A stretch of DNA of 59,057 nt. Source: a virus (taxonomy: Duplodnaviria > Caudoviricetes). Where the stretch lies: positions 1-59,057 of the IMG/VR virus record IMGVR_UViG_3300033183_000090; one strand, given 5' to 3'. The position numbers were made by a program, and so were the translations under genes. The notes beneath the pieces were generated by a model. The model was not told where the DNA came from. It searched no databases and saw nothing but the letters and a program-made list of their open reading frames with translations. Shown one piece after another: positions 50,038 to 58,336 of this stretch. Each line of letters opens with the position of its first letter. Position 1 is the stretch's first letter.

Positions 50038-50852
50038 TATTTGGACTCCTCTTGATGTGCGTCTTGCCATTTCTGGTACTCGTCGTCGTCCATATCCATA
50101 CGCTTGAACAACTCGACGATGTTCCCAGTCTTCTCAACTGCCTTGAGGCGACGATTTTCATCGCGCACCTTGCCTTTCCAGCCACGGACTTCTTCGGTCA
50201 CGACGTAGCGCACGACTTGCTGGCCGCTGTCACGGTCACCAGATGTGCTACGAACACCGCAGAAGACGCAGTCGAAAATGCCGGGCAGTTGTTGCATTGT
50301 CGCTTTACCGCCCACCATGGGCCAGTATTCGACATTGCCATTGTCGTCTTGGTTTTCTTTGGCGAGTGCCGTTACCAAGACGTGCATAGGCATATCCCTG
50401 ATAGCCTTGCATGCACCTATCAACTGGCTTGCGTGGCTCGACCATACTTCAAAGCCGTTCACGTTTTTGCCAGTCTTCTTAGCGTTCGCCTCTGCTTCCG
50501 CTTCTGCGGCTCGCATTGAGTGATCGCTGAGTTCTGTCAGTGAGTCGATGCCAACCCACTTGTAACCCTTCGACTTGAAGTCATCAGTGCGCATCCACTT
50601 GAAGATGTCGACGAAAGAGTATTCGTCTTTGTCTGGGTTGGACGCGCCACTCCAAGATGTGAAGGGCAGGTAGTCAATGCCAGCGGAGCGGACAGACGAT
50701 AGGCCAGACTCACCAGAAATGATGAACCCGTCGCCGTAATGCTCTTGGTAATAGATGAACTGGGTAGTCTTACCCCACCCGTGGTGTCCATACAACATGC
50801 ACTTGCGGTATGACGTTGTGTGGTCACGGGTGTTCCTCGGTGTGAACCCCAT
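50037..50852 (-). CDS. Sak4-like/AAA_24 ATPase (single-strand annealing)
   Basis: LYG..GWGKTT, ESGL, IDSLTE, K.R; adjacent to the SSB gene. Confidence 0.85.
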   Translation of the reverse strand: MGFTPRNTRDHTTSYRKCMLYGHHGWGKTTQFIYYQEHYGDGFIISGESGLSSVRSAGIDYLPFTSWSGASNPDKDEYSFVDIFKWMRTDDFKSKGYKWVGIDSLTELSDHSMRAAEAEAEANAKKTGKNVNGFEVWSSHASQLIGACKAIRDMPMHVLVTALAKENQDDNGNVEYWPMVGGKATMQQLPGIFDCVFCGVRSTSGDRDSGQQVVRYVVTEEVRGWKGKVRDENRRLKAVEKTGNIVELFKRMDMDDDEYQKWQDAHQEESK

Positions 50853-51256
50853 TAGCTAGTCTCCTTTACTGAAATTTTTGCTGGCCCCGGCTTACGAGTA
50901 AGTGCGGGTAGCAAGAGGCGCTTATCTTCGTCGTCAAGCGTTTGAAATCTGCGCTTGTCTACGGTGAGGCGCTTTTTGACATGCGTCGGCAGGTCATCCT
51001 GATTGCCGAACAAGTCGTCCAGCATCTCAGCGTCCCAAGTCCAACGCTCTTGGCGGTTTACAGTGATCGCATAGTGATCTGCGACCATGGTCTGCTCACC
51101 ACTTTCCTCTGAAAACTCTGCAAGTATCTTGTCATGCAGTGCTTCGATCTTTGCTTGGAGTTCCTCCTGCTGTCTTGTCAGCGCTTGGTACTCTTGTGCC
51201 GCTTCAGCTAACCCAGAGTTGGGCGCGGCAGTCTGGTATGTGTCCCAATCAGACAT
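50852..51256 (-). CDS. Hypothetical recombination-module protein
   Basis: GGAG RBS; coiled-coil N-terminus. Confidence 0.7.
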   Translation of the reverse strand: MSDWDTYQTAAPNSGLAEAAQEYQALTRQQEELQAKIEALHDKILAEFSEESGEQTMVADHYAITVNRQERWTWDAEMLDDLFGNQDDLPTHVKKRLTVDKRRFQTLDDEDKRLLLPALTRKPGPAKISVKETS

Positions 51257-51289
51257 AACGGTCTCCGTAAAAGTAATGTTCAGACCATC

Positions 51290-51385
51290 ACATTATCTCA
51301 GTCACACATCTTAGACAACTGTATTTCATGTCAGGAATATGTCACAGATGTTTACGATGTGTCTCGTTTTCGGTACATACTATAC
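51290..51385. promoter_or_regulatory. Divergent promoter/operator region
   Basis: AT-rich gap between divergent operons; contains ATATGTCACAGAT and, on the minus strand, TGTC-TAAGAT. Confidence 0.55.
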
Positions 51386-51413
51386 CTGTTTCCACAGAAT
51401 AGGAGTGAAACCA

Positions 51414-51635
51414 ATGCTGAAATTTAATGCCGCACGTTTGGTCGAGGACTGCGGCGGGGTTTCCGCTGTCGCGCAGACCCTTGGTAAGACGCGCACAGCG
51501 CCTTATCGCATGCTCAAGACGGGCTACATGGGTACGCCCGTCCTCGCCAAGCTACTAGAGAAATACCCAGACCTTAACCTTAACAATTACTTTGAGGAAG
51601 TAACCGCGAATGGACACACACATCAGCAAGGATGA
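51414..51635 (+). CDS. Cro-like HTH protein
   Basis: GGVSAVAQTLGKT..A.Y; first gene of the replication operon. Confidence 0.7.
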   Translation: MLKFNAARLVEDCGGVSAVAQTLGKTRTAPYRMLKTGYMGTPVLAKLLEKYPDLNLNNYFEEVTANGHTHQQG

Positions 51636-53616
51636 GTGGTTTTCTACCCTCTACGACGAAGCCATTGAGGCAGTCGAAAGAGGGTGGAACATCATCCCCA
51701 TATCAGTCGCAAGCAAGAAACCGCTAATCAAGTGGGCCGAGTATCAGACTAGAGCCATCGACAGGGAAACCGTCGACGACTGGTTCGAGAACGGTGTGCC
51801 GAATGATTACGGCCAGAGAATTAAGCCTTTCAATATAGGCTTGGTCACTGGTGCGATCAGTGGTTTGTGCGTGGTGGACTGCGACAATGAGGACGCAGTC
51901 CTGTACGCCATGAACAAGAACATCAAGTCTCCGTTCTCAGTCAGGACGACTAGAGGGCGGCACTATTATTTCCGGCACCCCGGACATGGTGCGAAGTTCG
52001 CCAACAAGGTGGGCGGCACTGGTAGGGATTGGCCCAATGTGGAGGGCTTAGACTTTCGTGGTGACGGCGGCTATGTATTGATGCCGCCTAGCGTGAAGAT
52101 GGTCGATGGCGAAATCGCTCACATGTATCAGTGGGAGATCGGGATCGGCTTAGACTGGGATGACCTTGACGACTTCCCATGGAAGGGAGCGCCGACCGAG
52201 GTCGAGATGCCAGTCGAGGGTGAGTTCAGCTTTGGCTCACTAAATCTTGAGGGCGTCCGCGTCCACAACCCAGATGAAGGGATGCCTATCTGGGATCAGA
52301 CTAAGATGCGCGTCGCACACCTTGGGCGCAAGCTCGGGGCTGGCGATGGCACGGACGCTCTCATGGTTCGCTACTGCGGGCAGAAAGTTCGTCAGGGTTT
52401 ACTCGGAGAAGACCTAGCCAAGTCGGTGATGCAGTATCACGACGAGTTCTTCGATGACTCAGGATATACCCCGGAAGAAACGAAGCGCTGGCTCGAAGAG
52501 AAGATCAGGTCGGCAATCGACATGGATCGCCGCAACTATCGTGAAGACTACGACAGCGACGGCAACCGCATCCAGAAGAGTGCCGAGCAGAAGAAGGTCG
52601 ACCTTGGCAGGCTTGTGCCGATTGTCAGTGGCGACGTTCAACGGTTGATCGACACGCTGGGTGACACAGACTATTGGGCTGACCCGCTAATCCCAGCCGA
52701 GACAATCACGCAGGTGGTTGGCTACAACGGTCACGGTAAGTCTTTCTTCTTAGCCGCACTGCTAACTTCGATGGCCGCAGGCAAGAATTACTTCGGCCCA
52801 TACGAGACAGCAAAGCCAGCGAAAGTCTTTTACTTAGACTACGACAACCCAGCCCGCACAGTTCTGTACCGCTTCCGTGGTTTTATGAACATGTTCGGCG
52901 ACTGCGGAACCAACTTCAACCTTTGGTCACCAACGCTTATCAGTTCTGAGAATGGCGGGGAGATGAACCTCGCAACTGAGGAGGGCTTTCGTCTGCTCGG
53001 CGAGTGGCTGGAAGTCGTGAAGCCTGACATTGTTGTGATCGACACCGTGCGTAACGCCTTTGGCGGCATGGAAGAAGCCAGTGCCAGCGAGTGGTTTAAG
53101 GTCAACCACGTCGCCAAGTCTATCCGCACGAAGTTCAAGGCGTCAGTCGTGCTGGTTCACCACAGAAACAAGCCGGGGGAGCATGGCCTTGGCCGGGAAG
53201 CCGGGTCGACTGCTCAGCTTACGGACATCGACACGCAGATTATGGTGACCCAAGTCTTGCGTGAGAAGCAGGAAGCTAAGTCTAAGGCTGGCCTGCTGGA
53301 CGGCGAGCTAACGATCTACGACTTGAACGAGAAAGAGTGGACGCCGTTCGGCTACCTCGAACAGAGACTTGAGCCGGACTCTCGACTTAAAATGGTATCT
53401 CAGATTTCTTTCGGCAAAGTCCGTATGCAAACCGAGATGCACAAGACGCACTACATTGGGTGGGCTGAGCGCCTTCTCGATGGCAGTCAGTATGTGGTCA
53501 GCACTGCGTCGCCTAAACAGAAGGCGCTGTACTACCATAACCAAGGGATGTCAGCGGAGGATGTCTCGCGGCAACTGTCTCTACCTGTATATGAGGTTCG
53601 GCAGTGGCTGGGTTAA
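51610..53616 (+). CDS. Bifunctional primase-polymerase fused to an AAA_25/RepA-like helicase
   Basis: KKPL..W, NIGLVTG, VVDCD, RGRHYYF, DFRGDGGYV..PPS; GYNGHGKS, VVIDT, LVHH. Confidence 0.9.
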   Translation: MDTHISKDEWFSTLYDEAIEAVERGWNIIPISVASKKPLIKWAEYQTRAIDRETVDDWFENGVPNDYGQRIKPFNIGLVTGAISGLCVVDCDNEDAVLYAMNKNIKSPFSVRTTRGRHYYFRHPGHGAKFANKVGGTGRDWPNVEGLDFRGDGGYVLMPPSVKMVDGEIAHMYQWEIGIGLDWDDLDDFPWKGAPTEVEMPVEGEFSFGSLNLEGVRVHNPDEGMPIWDQTKMRVAHLGRKLGAGDGTDALMVRYCGQKVRQGLLGEDLAKSVMQYHDEFFDDSGYTPEETKRWLEEKIRSAIDMDRRNYREDYDSDGNRIQKSAEQKKVDLGRLVPIVSGDVQRLIDTLGDTDYWADPLIPAETITQVVGYNGHGKSFFLAALLTSMAAGKNYFGPYETAKPAKVFYLDYDNPARTVLYRFRGFMNMFGDCGTNFNLWSPTLISSENGGEMNLATEEGFRLLGEWLEVVKPDIVVIDTVRNAFGGMEEASASEWFKVNHVAKSIRTKFKASVVLVHHRNKPGEHGLGREAGSTAQLTDIDTQIMVTQVLREKQEAKSKAGLLDGELTIYDLNEKEWTPFGYLEQRLEPDSRLKMVSQISFGKVRMQTEMHKTHYIGWAERLLDGSQYVVSTASPKQKALYYHNQGMSAEDVSRQLSLPVYEVRQWLG

Positions 53617-53756
53617 TAGATGTATTAGCTAATTTAGCTACTTACGACAAAACCGAACGGCCTCAAGGAGGCCAGTTCGGCTCTTTGGGTAATTCCTCTA
53701 TTAACTATTATATGGCAGGGCGTCCGAAGGGCGTCAAGGACATTCATGTCAGTAAC

Positions 53757-53783
53757 AAAAACCCCCGTTGATGGGGGTTTTTT
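53757..53783 (+). terminator. Intrinsic terminator
   Basis: AAAAACCCCC...GGGGGTTTTTT. Confidence 0.7.
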
Positions 53784-53803
53784 CTTTGTCGAAAGGAGGA
53801 CAC

Positions 53804-54136
53804 ATGAGCAACCGCAAGCCACTTACTAAACAACAACTCAAGCGGCTTCGGTACATGCTAGAAAACGAATACACTTACCGCGCCATGGCAGTCTATGTCG
53901 GCGTATGCACGGACACACTTAAACGAATACTGGTACGAGAAGGCATGGCCGAGTTTGACGGCGCTAAGTACGCTGTCAGCCCTTACAAGTCATTGCAACA
54001 AACATGGGTGCGCCCCTGCCTCAAGTGCAGGGACGATGCCCCTCGACCTAAGTGGCAATATATATGTGACAAGTGCAAAGCGTCGACCGACGTAGCGGGC
54101 TTGCCAGACAACTGGTTGGAATTTGGCGATGAGTAG
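53804..54136 (+). CDS. HTH plus C4 zinc-finger protein (putative regulator)
   Basis: YRAMAVYVGVCTDTLKR; CLKC...CDKC. Confidence 0.7.
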   Translation: MSNRKPLTKQQLKRLRYMLENEYTYRAMAVYVGVCTDTLKRILVREGMAEFDGAKYAVSPYKSLQQTWVRPCLKCRDDAPRPKWQYICDKCKASTDVAGLPDNWLEFGDE

Positions 54137-54629
54137 ACAAAAAAGAAAAGGGGACGGGTACGAGCGAGAGTTAGCCAAGTGGCTAGACTGGATGCTCTTC
54201 CGAGGAACCGAACGCATCACGCGCATGCCCCTATCTGGGGGCGGCGCACATGTCGGGGGCGGGGGCAAGGCAGACTTGAACGGCACCCCCACCATCTGGG
54301 TGGAAGCCAAGCGCACCGAGCGCTTCACACCTTACGCCGCAATGGAGCAGGCGGAGAAGGGCATCAGCGCATCCAAGTCTGACGACATGCCAGTCGTCAT
54401 CACCCGGCGGAACCGAATGACAACCGAGCAATCTCTAGTCGTGATGCGGCTGGAAGACTGGGCCAACATGTACTCGTCATGGCTAGGCGAGTGCGGCTAC
54501 GACGTGTGGACAATCGAGGACGAACTCAACGAGATAGTCGAAGAGGTGCGTGGGGACGACAAAACCGCTGAGATTGTGCAATTATTCAAGCCAAGATCAG
54601 GAGATTCCGATGGCGAAGAAACCGATTAA
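54129..54629 (+). CDS. Holliday-junction resolvase (Hjc-like PD-(D/E)xK)
   Basis: KG..YERELA, ADL, WVEAK. Confidence 0.8.
   Translation: MSRQKRKGDGYERELAKWLDWMLFRGTERITRMPLSGGGAHVGGGGKADLNGTPTIWVEAKRTERFTPYAAMEQAEKGISASKSDDMPVVITRRNRMTTEQSLVVMRLEDWANMYSSWLGECGYDVWTIEDELNEIVEEVRGDDKTAEIVQLFKPRSGDSDGEETD
54553..54585 (+). promoter_or_regulatory. Putative late promoter GGGACGAC-N19-AATTAT
   Basis: Copy of the repeated motif ending 25 nt upstream of ATG 54610. Confidence 0.55.
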
Positions 54630-54864
54630 CAAAGCAAAGATGGCCTGTAACAAACCCAAGCGGGATGTTCAGGGCGGCAAGAAGTCAGTCGTGAAGGCTT
54701 GCGCCAACGGCAAAGAGAAGATCATCAGGTTCGGCGATGCCAACATGACGATCAAGAAGTCTGACCCAGAGCGTCGCAAGAACTTCCGCGCCCGTCACGG
54801 GTGCGACAAGGCGGGCGCAAAGAACAAACTGACCGCAAAGTATTGGTCGTGCAAGGCTTGGTAA
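54610..54864 (+). CDS. Small Lys/Arg-rich protein
   Basis: IRFGD..M.IK...P.RRK.FRARH.C...YWSC..W; AGGAG RBS. Confidence 0.8.
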   Translation: MAKKPINKAKMACNKPKRDVQGGKKSVVKACANGKEKIIRFGDANMTIKKSDPERRKNFRARHGCDKAGAKNKLTAKYWSCKAW

Positions 54865-54865
54865 C

Positions 54866-55018
54866 ATGTCAAAAAAGAAAGGCTTGTACGCCAACATCCA
54901 CGCAAAGCGTAAGCGCATAGCCGGAGGCTCCGGGGAGAAGATGAGGAAGCCGGGAGCTAAAGGAGCGCCGACTAAGAAAGACTTCAAGGCCGCCGCTAAG
55001 ACGGCCAAGAAAAAATAG
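54866..55018 (+). CDS. Small basic protein (50 aa; below the ORF-track cutoff)
   Basis: Hand translation MSKKKGLYANIHAKRKRIAGGSGEKMRKPGAKGAPTKKDFKAAAKTAKKK. Confidence 0.75.
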   Translation: MSKKKGLYANIHAKRKRIAGGSGEKMRKPGAKGAPTKKDFKAAAKTAKKK

Positions 55019-55028
55019 GGGATGAGAT

Positions 55029-55241
55029 ATGTGGGTGTTGTACGTCATCATAGTCGCGGCACCCTTCTCCGAGAACGTCGTATTCCACGGCAAGTACACG
55101 CAGGAATACAGAACAGAACAAGATTGCAGAGCAGTAGCCGTACCACTGGCTACCGAAATGCTTGAGATGATGCAGACACAAGCGCCCTACCTGCCTATGA
55201 GGGCGGGCTGGCGGTGCCAGAAAGAAGGGGAACAGACATGA
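55029..55241 (+). CDS. Small protein with hydrophobic N-terminus and two Cys
   Basis: MWVLYVIIVAA...C...C. Confidence 0.55.
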   Translation: MWVLYVIIVAAPFSENVVFHGKYTQEYRTEQDCRAVAVPLATEMLEMMQTQAPYLPMRAGWRCQKEGEQT

Positions 55242-55417
55242 GTTGCGGACACGGGTGTGCCACACCCCACACATGCGAGAAGACTGGCTGTCAGATGGGC
55301 CGTGACCCTCGCCACATAGCAGAGAAGATCATGGGTCAGAAGATGATTGCCACGCGCCAAGGCATACAGAAGAAGCGCGTTATCAAGATCGGCGCAACAG
55401 GCAAGAAGCGAAAATAA
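55238..55417 (+). CDS. Small Cys-rich basic protein
   Basis: ATGA overlap; MSCGHGC...C...GC. Confidence 0.45.
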   Translation: MSCGHGCATPHTCEKTGCQMGRDPRHIAEKIMGQKMIATRQGIQKKRVIKIGATGKKRK

Positions 55418-55420
55418 TAA

Positions 55421-55918
55421 ATGGCAGAGGCGAGCAAGACCTGCTCGCTCTGCAAAAAAGACTTACCCTTACATCACTTCTACAAATACAAACGACCGTG
55501 GAAAGACGGGACACCCAAATACTACTCACGTTGCAATGACTGCAAAGTTCTTTCGCGCAGAGCGTCATTCACTAGCGACCCTGAGAAGTTCATCAAGGTA
55601 GTCGTATCCCAACTCAAATACTCACGACGTAGGCGTGGCGGCATTGAGTGCGACTTGGACGCGCAAGACATCATTAACATGTATTATGAACAGAAAGGGC
55701 GGTGCGCTCTTTCGGGTGTGCGCATGACACACTATCGAGACGGACGAGGGAAATGCTTTACCAACATATCCATTGATCGGATCGAGCCGGAACAGGAGTA
55801 CACTCTCGACAACATCCAGCTAGTCTGCGCTGGCATCAACATGATGAAGGGTACTCTAAATGACGACGAGTTCATCCAAGCCTGCAAAGAAGTCGCCGAC
55901 CACGACGGAAGAGATTAG
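55421..55918 (+). CDS. HNH/His-Me-finger endonuclease-like protein
   Basis: CSLC...CNDC; Q.G.CALSG, SIDRI...Y..DNIQLVC..IN.MK. Confidence 0.75.
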   Translation: MAEASKTCSLCKKDLPLHHFYKYKRPWKDGTPKYYSRCNDCKVLSRRASFTSDPEKFIKVVVSQLKYSRRRRGGIECDLDAQDIINMYYEQKGRCALSGVRMTHYRDGRGKCFTNISIDRIEPEQEYTLDNIQLVCAGINMMKGTLNDDEFIQACKEVADHDGRD

Positions 55919-56126
55919 GCACACGGAGACTAATGTGTCATGCGACCGCATGATGCTTGGCATAACTCCAGACTTCAACGTCATGGTTACCCTGTCACCA
56001 GACGACAAGTCTTTCTACTTCATTGAGATGGATTACGAGGGCGCTTGCGAGGTTGCGGAGATGCTTGAGGAGGCGCTTGAGCAGTACGCTGAGTTGATGT
56101 CGCGTCCTGACATGACGATGCACTAG
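55860..56126 (+). CDS. Hypothetical acidic protein
   Basis: ORF ending just before a bidirectional terminator. Confidence 0.55.
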   Translation: MTTSSSKPAKKSPTTTEEIRHTETNVSCDRMMLGITPDFNVMVTLSPDDKSFYFIEMDYEGACEVAEMLEEALEQYAELMSRPDMTMH

Positions 56127-56286
56127 AAAAGGGGGGCTTTGTGGCCCCCCTTTTTTTTGTCGTGACATGTTCACTGGTGTTAAACCGATGCAGGTTGCCA
56201 CATTCGTAGCGCCTATAGACGCTGTTGTTAAGTCGAGACCTAGTTTCTAGTACCTGCGCCCAAGCCCCGCACGTCGGACATTTAAT
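56020..56286 (-). CDS. NrdR-N/Ogr-like zinc-ribbon protein (ATT start or degraded)
   Basis: KCPTCG...VLETR...RRYECGNLHRFNT.E. Confidence 0.55.
   Translation of the reverse strand: MKCPTCGAWAQVLETRSRLNNSVYRRYECGNLHRFNTSEHVTTKKRGATKPPFSSASSCQDATSTQRTAQAPPQASPQPRKRPRNPSQ
56127..56158. terminator. Bidirectional intrinsic terminator
   Basis: AAAA-GGGGGGC...GCCCCCC-T8 between convergent operons. Confidence 0.8.
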
Positions 56287-56524
56287 GTTCGCCAAAGTCT
56301 GTCTTCTTGAAAGCCAACTCATAGCCGACCACCATAAGACACGCAGAAAAAGTACCAAGGTTCGGCATCGTTCTCTTGCGCCACCGAACAATCGTCTCTG
56401 GCGATACACCCGCCAACGCACCTAGTTGTTCATAGGTCAGCCCACTGGCATCGAGTTTATCAAAGAACTCTTTCACCAGTGGATCGACCTTCAACTCCGC
56501 AGTCTTAGACCTTGGTCTTGGCAT
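56282..56524 (-). CDS. XRE-family HTH regulator
   Basis: GLTYEQLGALAGVSPETIVRW....PNL. Confidence 0.8.
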   Translation of the reverse strand: MPRPRSKTAELKVDPLVKEFFDKLDASGLTYEQLGALAGVSPETIVRWRKRTMPNLGTFSACLMVVGYELAFKKTDFGEH

Positions 56525-56921
56525 GAATGGACTCCATGCCAATGTCTAACGCCATGGCTACTAGGTCTTCAACGATTTGCTCCTTGGTCTTCTCGTACAC
56601 AAGCGCCATCCCGTAGATGTAATTGCGCGTAGTCTTAGAAGTTTCCTGCAAGCTGAGAATACCATCCATCAACTGAGGCGCAGTCACTATGTGTGGGTTG
56701 GCGTCAATCGCGTGGCTGTTCGTGCCGATGTACTCAGGCTCTGGCTGTTTTATCTCTGCCGCCTTGGACTTGTAGCGGTAGAACGTCCCCGTTGCGATGG
56801 AATACTTGCGCATGATTTCATCACGCGAAAGTTCGCCATCGTTTATGTCGCGCATGAGTGCGCGTTGGCGTGACTTAGGTAAGTGGGTACGGATTCTTAC
56901 AACATTACTTTGCTGTTCCAT
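56505..56921 (-). CDS. HTH DNA-binding protein
   Basis: SRDEIMRKYSIATGTFYRYK; GAGGACAC leader. Confidence 0.7.
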   Translation of the reverse strand: MEQQSNVVRIRTHLPKSRQRALMRDINDGELSRDEIMRKYSIATGTFYRYKSKAAEIKQPEPEYIGTNSHAIDANPHIVTAPQLMDGILSLQETSKTTRNYIYGMALVYEKTKEQIVEDLVAMALDIGMESIHAKTKV

Positions 56922-57016
56922 GAGAGTGTGTCCTCTGTCGGTTGCCGCCTTGGTCTATGCAAGGAGAATTGCTGGGCCTACCAAGGCGGCGGTAAAACAA
57001 TGTGGCCCATGTCTGG

Positions 57017-57058
57017 AATATAAGACACATCTTTGACATCTGTCAACTATCTGTCACA
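57017..57058 (-). promoter_or_regulatory. Sigma70-type promoter with palindromic operator
   Basis: TTGACA-N17/18-(T)TATAT(T); palindrome TTGACA-TC-TGTCAA at 57033-57046. Confidence 0.6.
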
Positions 57059-57159
57059 ACTTTTTGTGGGTAATATTTTTGACCATAGATGTGTCACCGC
57101 TATGAGAGCGGAGCCATTTATGCCTGATGCCGAGCCGAGCGTAACCCAAGGTGGAAGCC

Positions 57160-57186
57160 AAAAAAAAAGAGAGACCGAAGTCTCTC
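57160..57186 (-). terminator. Intrinsic terminator downstream of the attP core and integrase
   Basis: GAGAGAC-TTCG-GTCTCTC-U9 on the minus strand. Confidence 0.85.
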
Positions 57187-57194
57187 TCAAAGAA

Positions 57195-57210
57195 TGGCTC
57201 CCCGGGACGG
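57195..57210 (-). other. Candidate attP core matching the 3' end of tRNA-Asn
   Basis: CCGTCCCGGGGAGCCA (T-stem 3' strand, acceptor strand, G-CCA) 46 nt past the integrase stop, followed by a terminator. Confidence 0.7.
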
Positions 57211-57255
57211 GGCCACCAGACTAGGGCAACTGCATAGCCCACAACAAATACTGTA

Positions 57256-58332
57256 TCACACATGGCCGGAAGTCTGGCCGCTCACGTCTGCGTCACGTCT
57301 TGCACGTCCCACAAAAGTCCTTGCCCTGCTTTGAATAAAGCCCCGATAGCGCATGGTCATTCCTATGTCCTCATGCCCAAGCAGGTACTGCAAGTCACCC
57401 AAATCTGCACCCGCTTTCGCTGTCAGGTAGGCGAACGTGTGCCGCAGATCATGCACTCGCATTGCCTCTTCACCCTCACTCGGCAGACCGATGGCACCAC
57501 AACCCATCTTTAATACGCTATTGAGCGTCGCTGACGCGCTGTTGCTGTCTCGCCATGGGTCACCACCCTTTGCGACGAAGAGCGCCTCTGTGGGCTTCCT
57601 ACGGGCCATAACGTGGGACAGTCTACCCATCTCCTCGCTCAGTGGTATGTCCCTCGTGACCGTCTTGCCCGTCCGAGCAAGCCGACGACGCACCCGAAGC
57701 ACATCGTTCGAGAAGTTCGTCGACCGCAGACTCAGTAACTCGTTGAGCCGCACCCCAGTATCAATCAGCGTGACGAAGTGGGGGTAGTACATAGGGTATT
57801 CGCCTATGACCCAAGCAAGAAACGCATTGGCCTCGGCCTCGTCGAAGTGTACGTCTCGCGCATCCTTCACGGTTGGCATCTGTATCTCGACACCCGCAAA
57901 CCCCTCGACGTTGCGACGAGCGTGGTTAAGTATGGCGCGAAACGTGTTGAGATACCGACGAACCGATCCCGGTTTCAACCCGGTCAACTCATGCGTGACC
58001 CAAGTCTGCACCGCACCAGACGTAATGTCTGTAAGTTTCACGTCAGCCCAGAACGTGTTGAACCTGTCGACGTGTCGGAACATATCCTTGCTAGTCTTGC
58101 GCTCAATCTTCTTCCAGTCCAAGTAAGCCTTGGCCGCATCGCCGAATGTCTCCTGCGTGACACGGCCTCGCTTACCCTCGATGATTTCCTGCTCGATCTT
58201 GAGCCGCTCTTTCTCGGCAAGCCCTCGATACACAGCAGTGTCGGGCAGTCTAGTCGACTGCCTGACCCGCATACCCATGACACGTCCTTCGACGTGCCAT
58301 ACGCCATTACGCTTAACTAATTTCAGCGCCAT
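57256..58332 (-). CDS. int: Tyrosine recombinase/integrase
   Basis: TGVRLNELL, K, HDLRHTFA, LLGH, MTMRY catalytic set. Confidence 0.95.
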   Translation of the reverse strand: MALKLVKRNGVWHVEGRVMGMRVRQSTRLPDTAVYRGLAEKERLKIEQEIIEGKRGRVTQETFGDAAKAYLDWKKIERKTSKDMFRHVDRFNTFWADVKLTDITSGAVQTWVTHELTGLKPGSVRRYLNTFRAILNHARRNVEGFAGVEIQMPTVKDARDVHFDEAEANAFLAWVIGEYPMYYPHFVTLIDTGVRLNELLSLRSTNFSNDVLRVRRRLARTGKTVTRDIPLSEEMGRLSHVMARRKPTEALFVAKGGDPWRDSNSASATLNSVLKMGCGAIGLPSEGEEAMRVHDLRHTFAYLTAKAGADLGDLQYLLGHEDIGMTMRYRGFIQSRARTFVGRARRDADVSGQTSGHV

Positions 58333-58336
58333 TGTG

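Noticed and set aside
57195-57270. Complete tRNA gene
   Set aside because: Only the last 16 nt match; the T-loop, anticodon and D arms are absent
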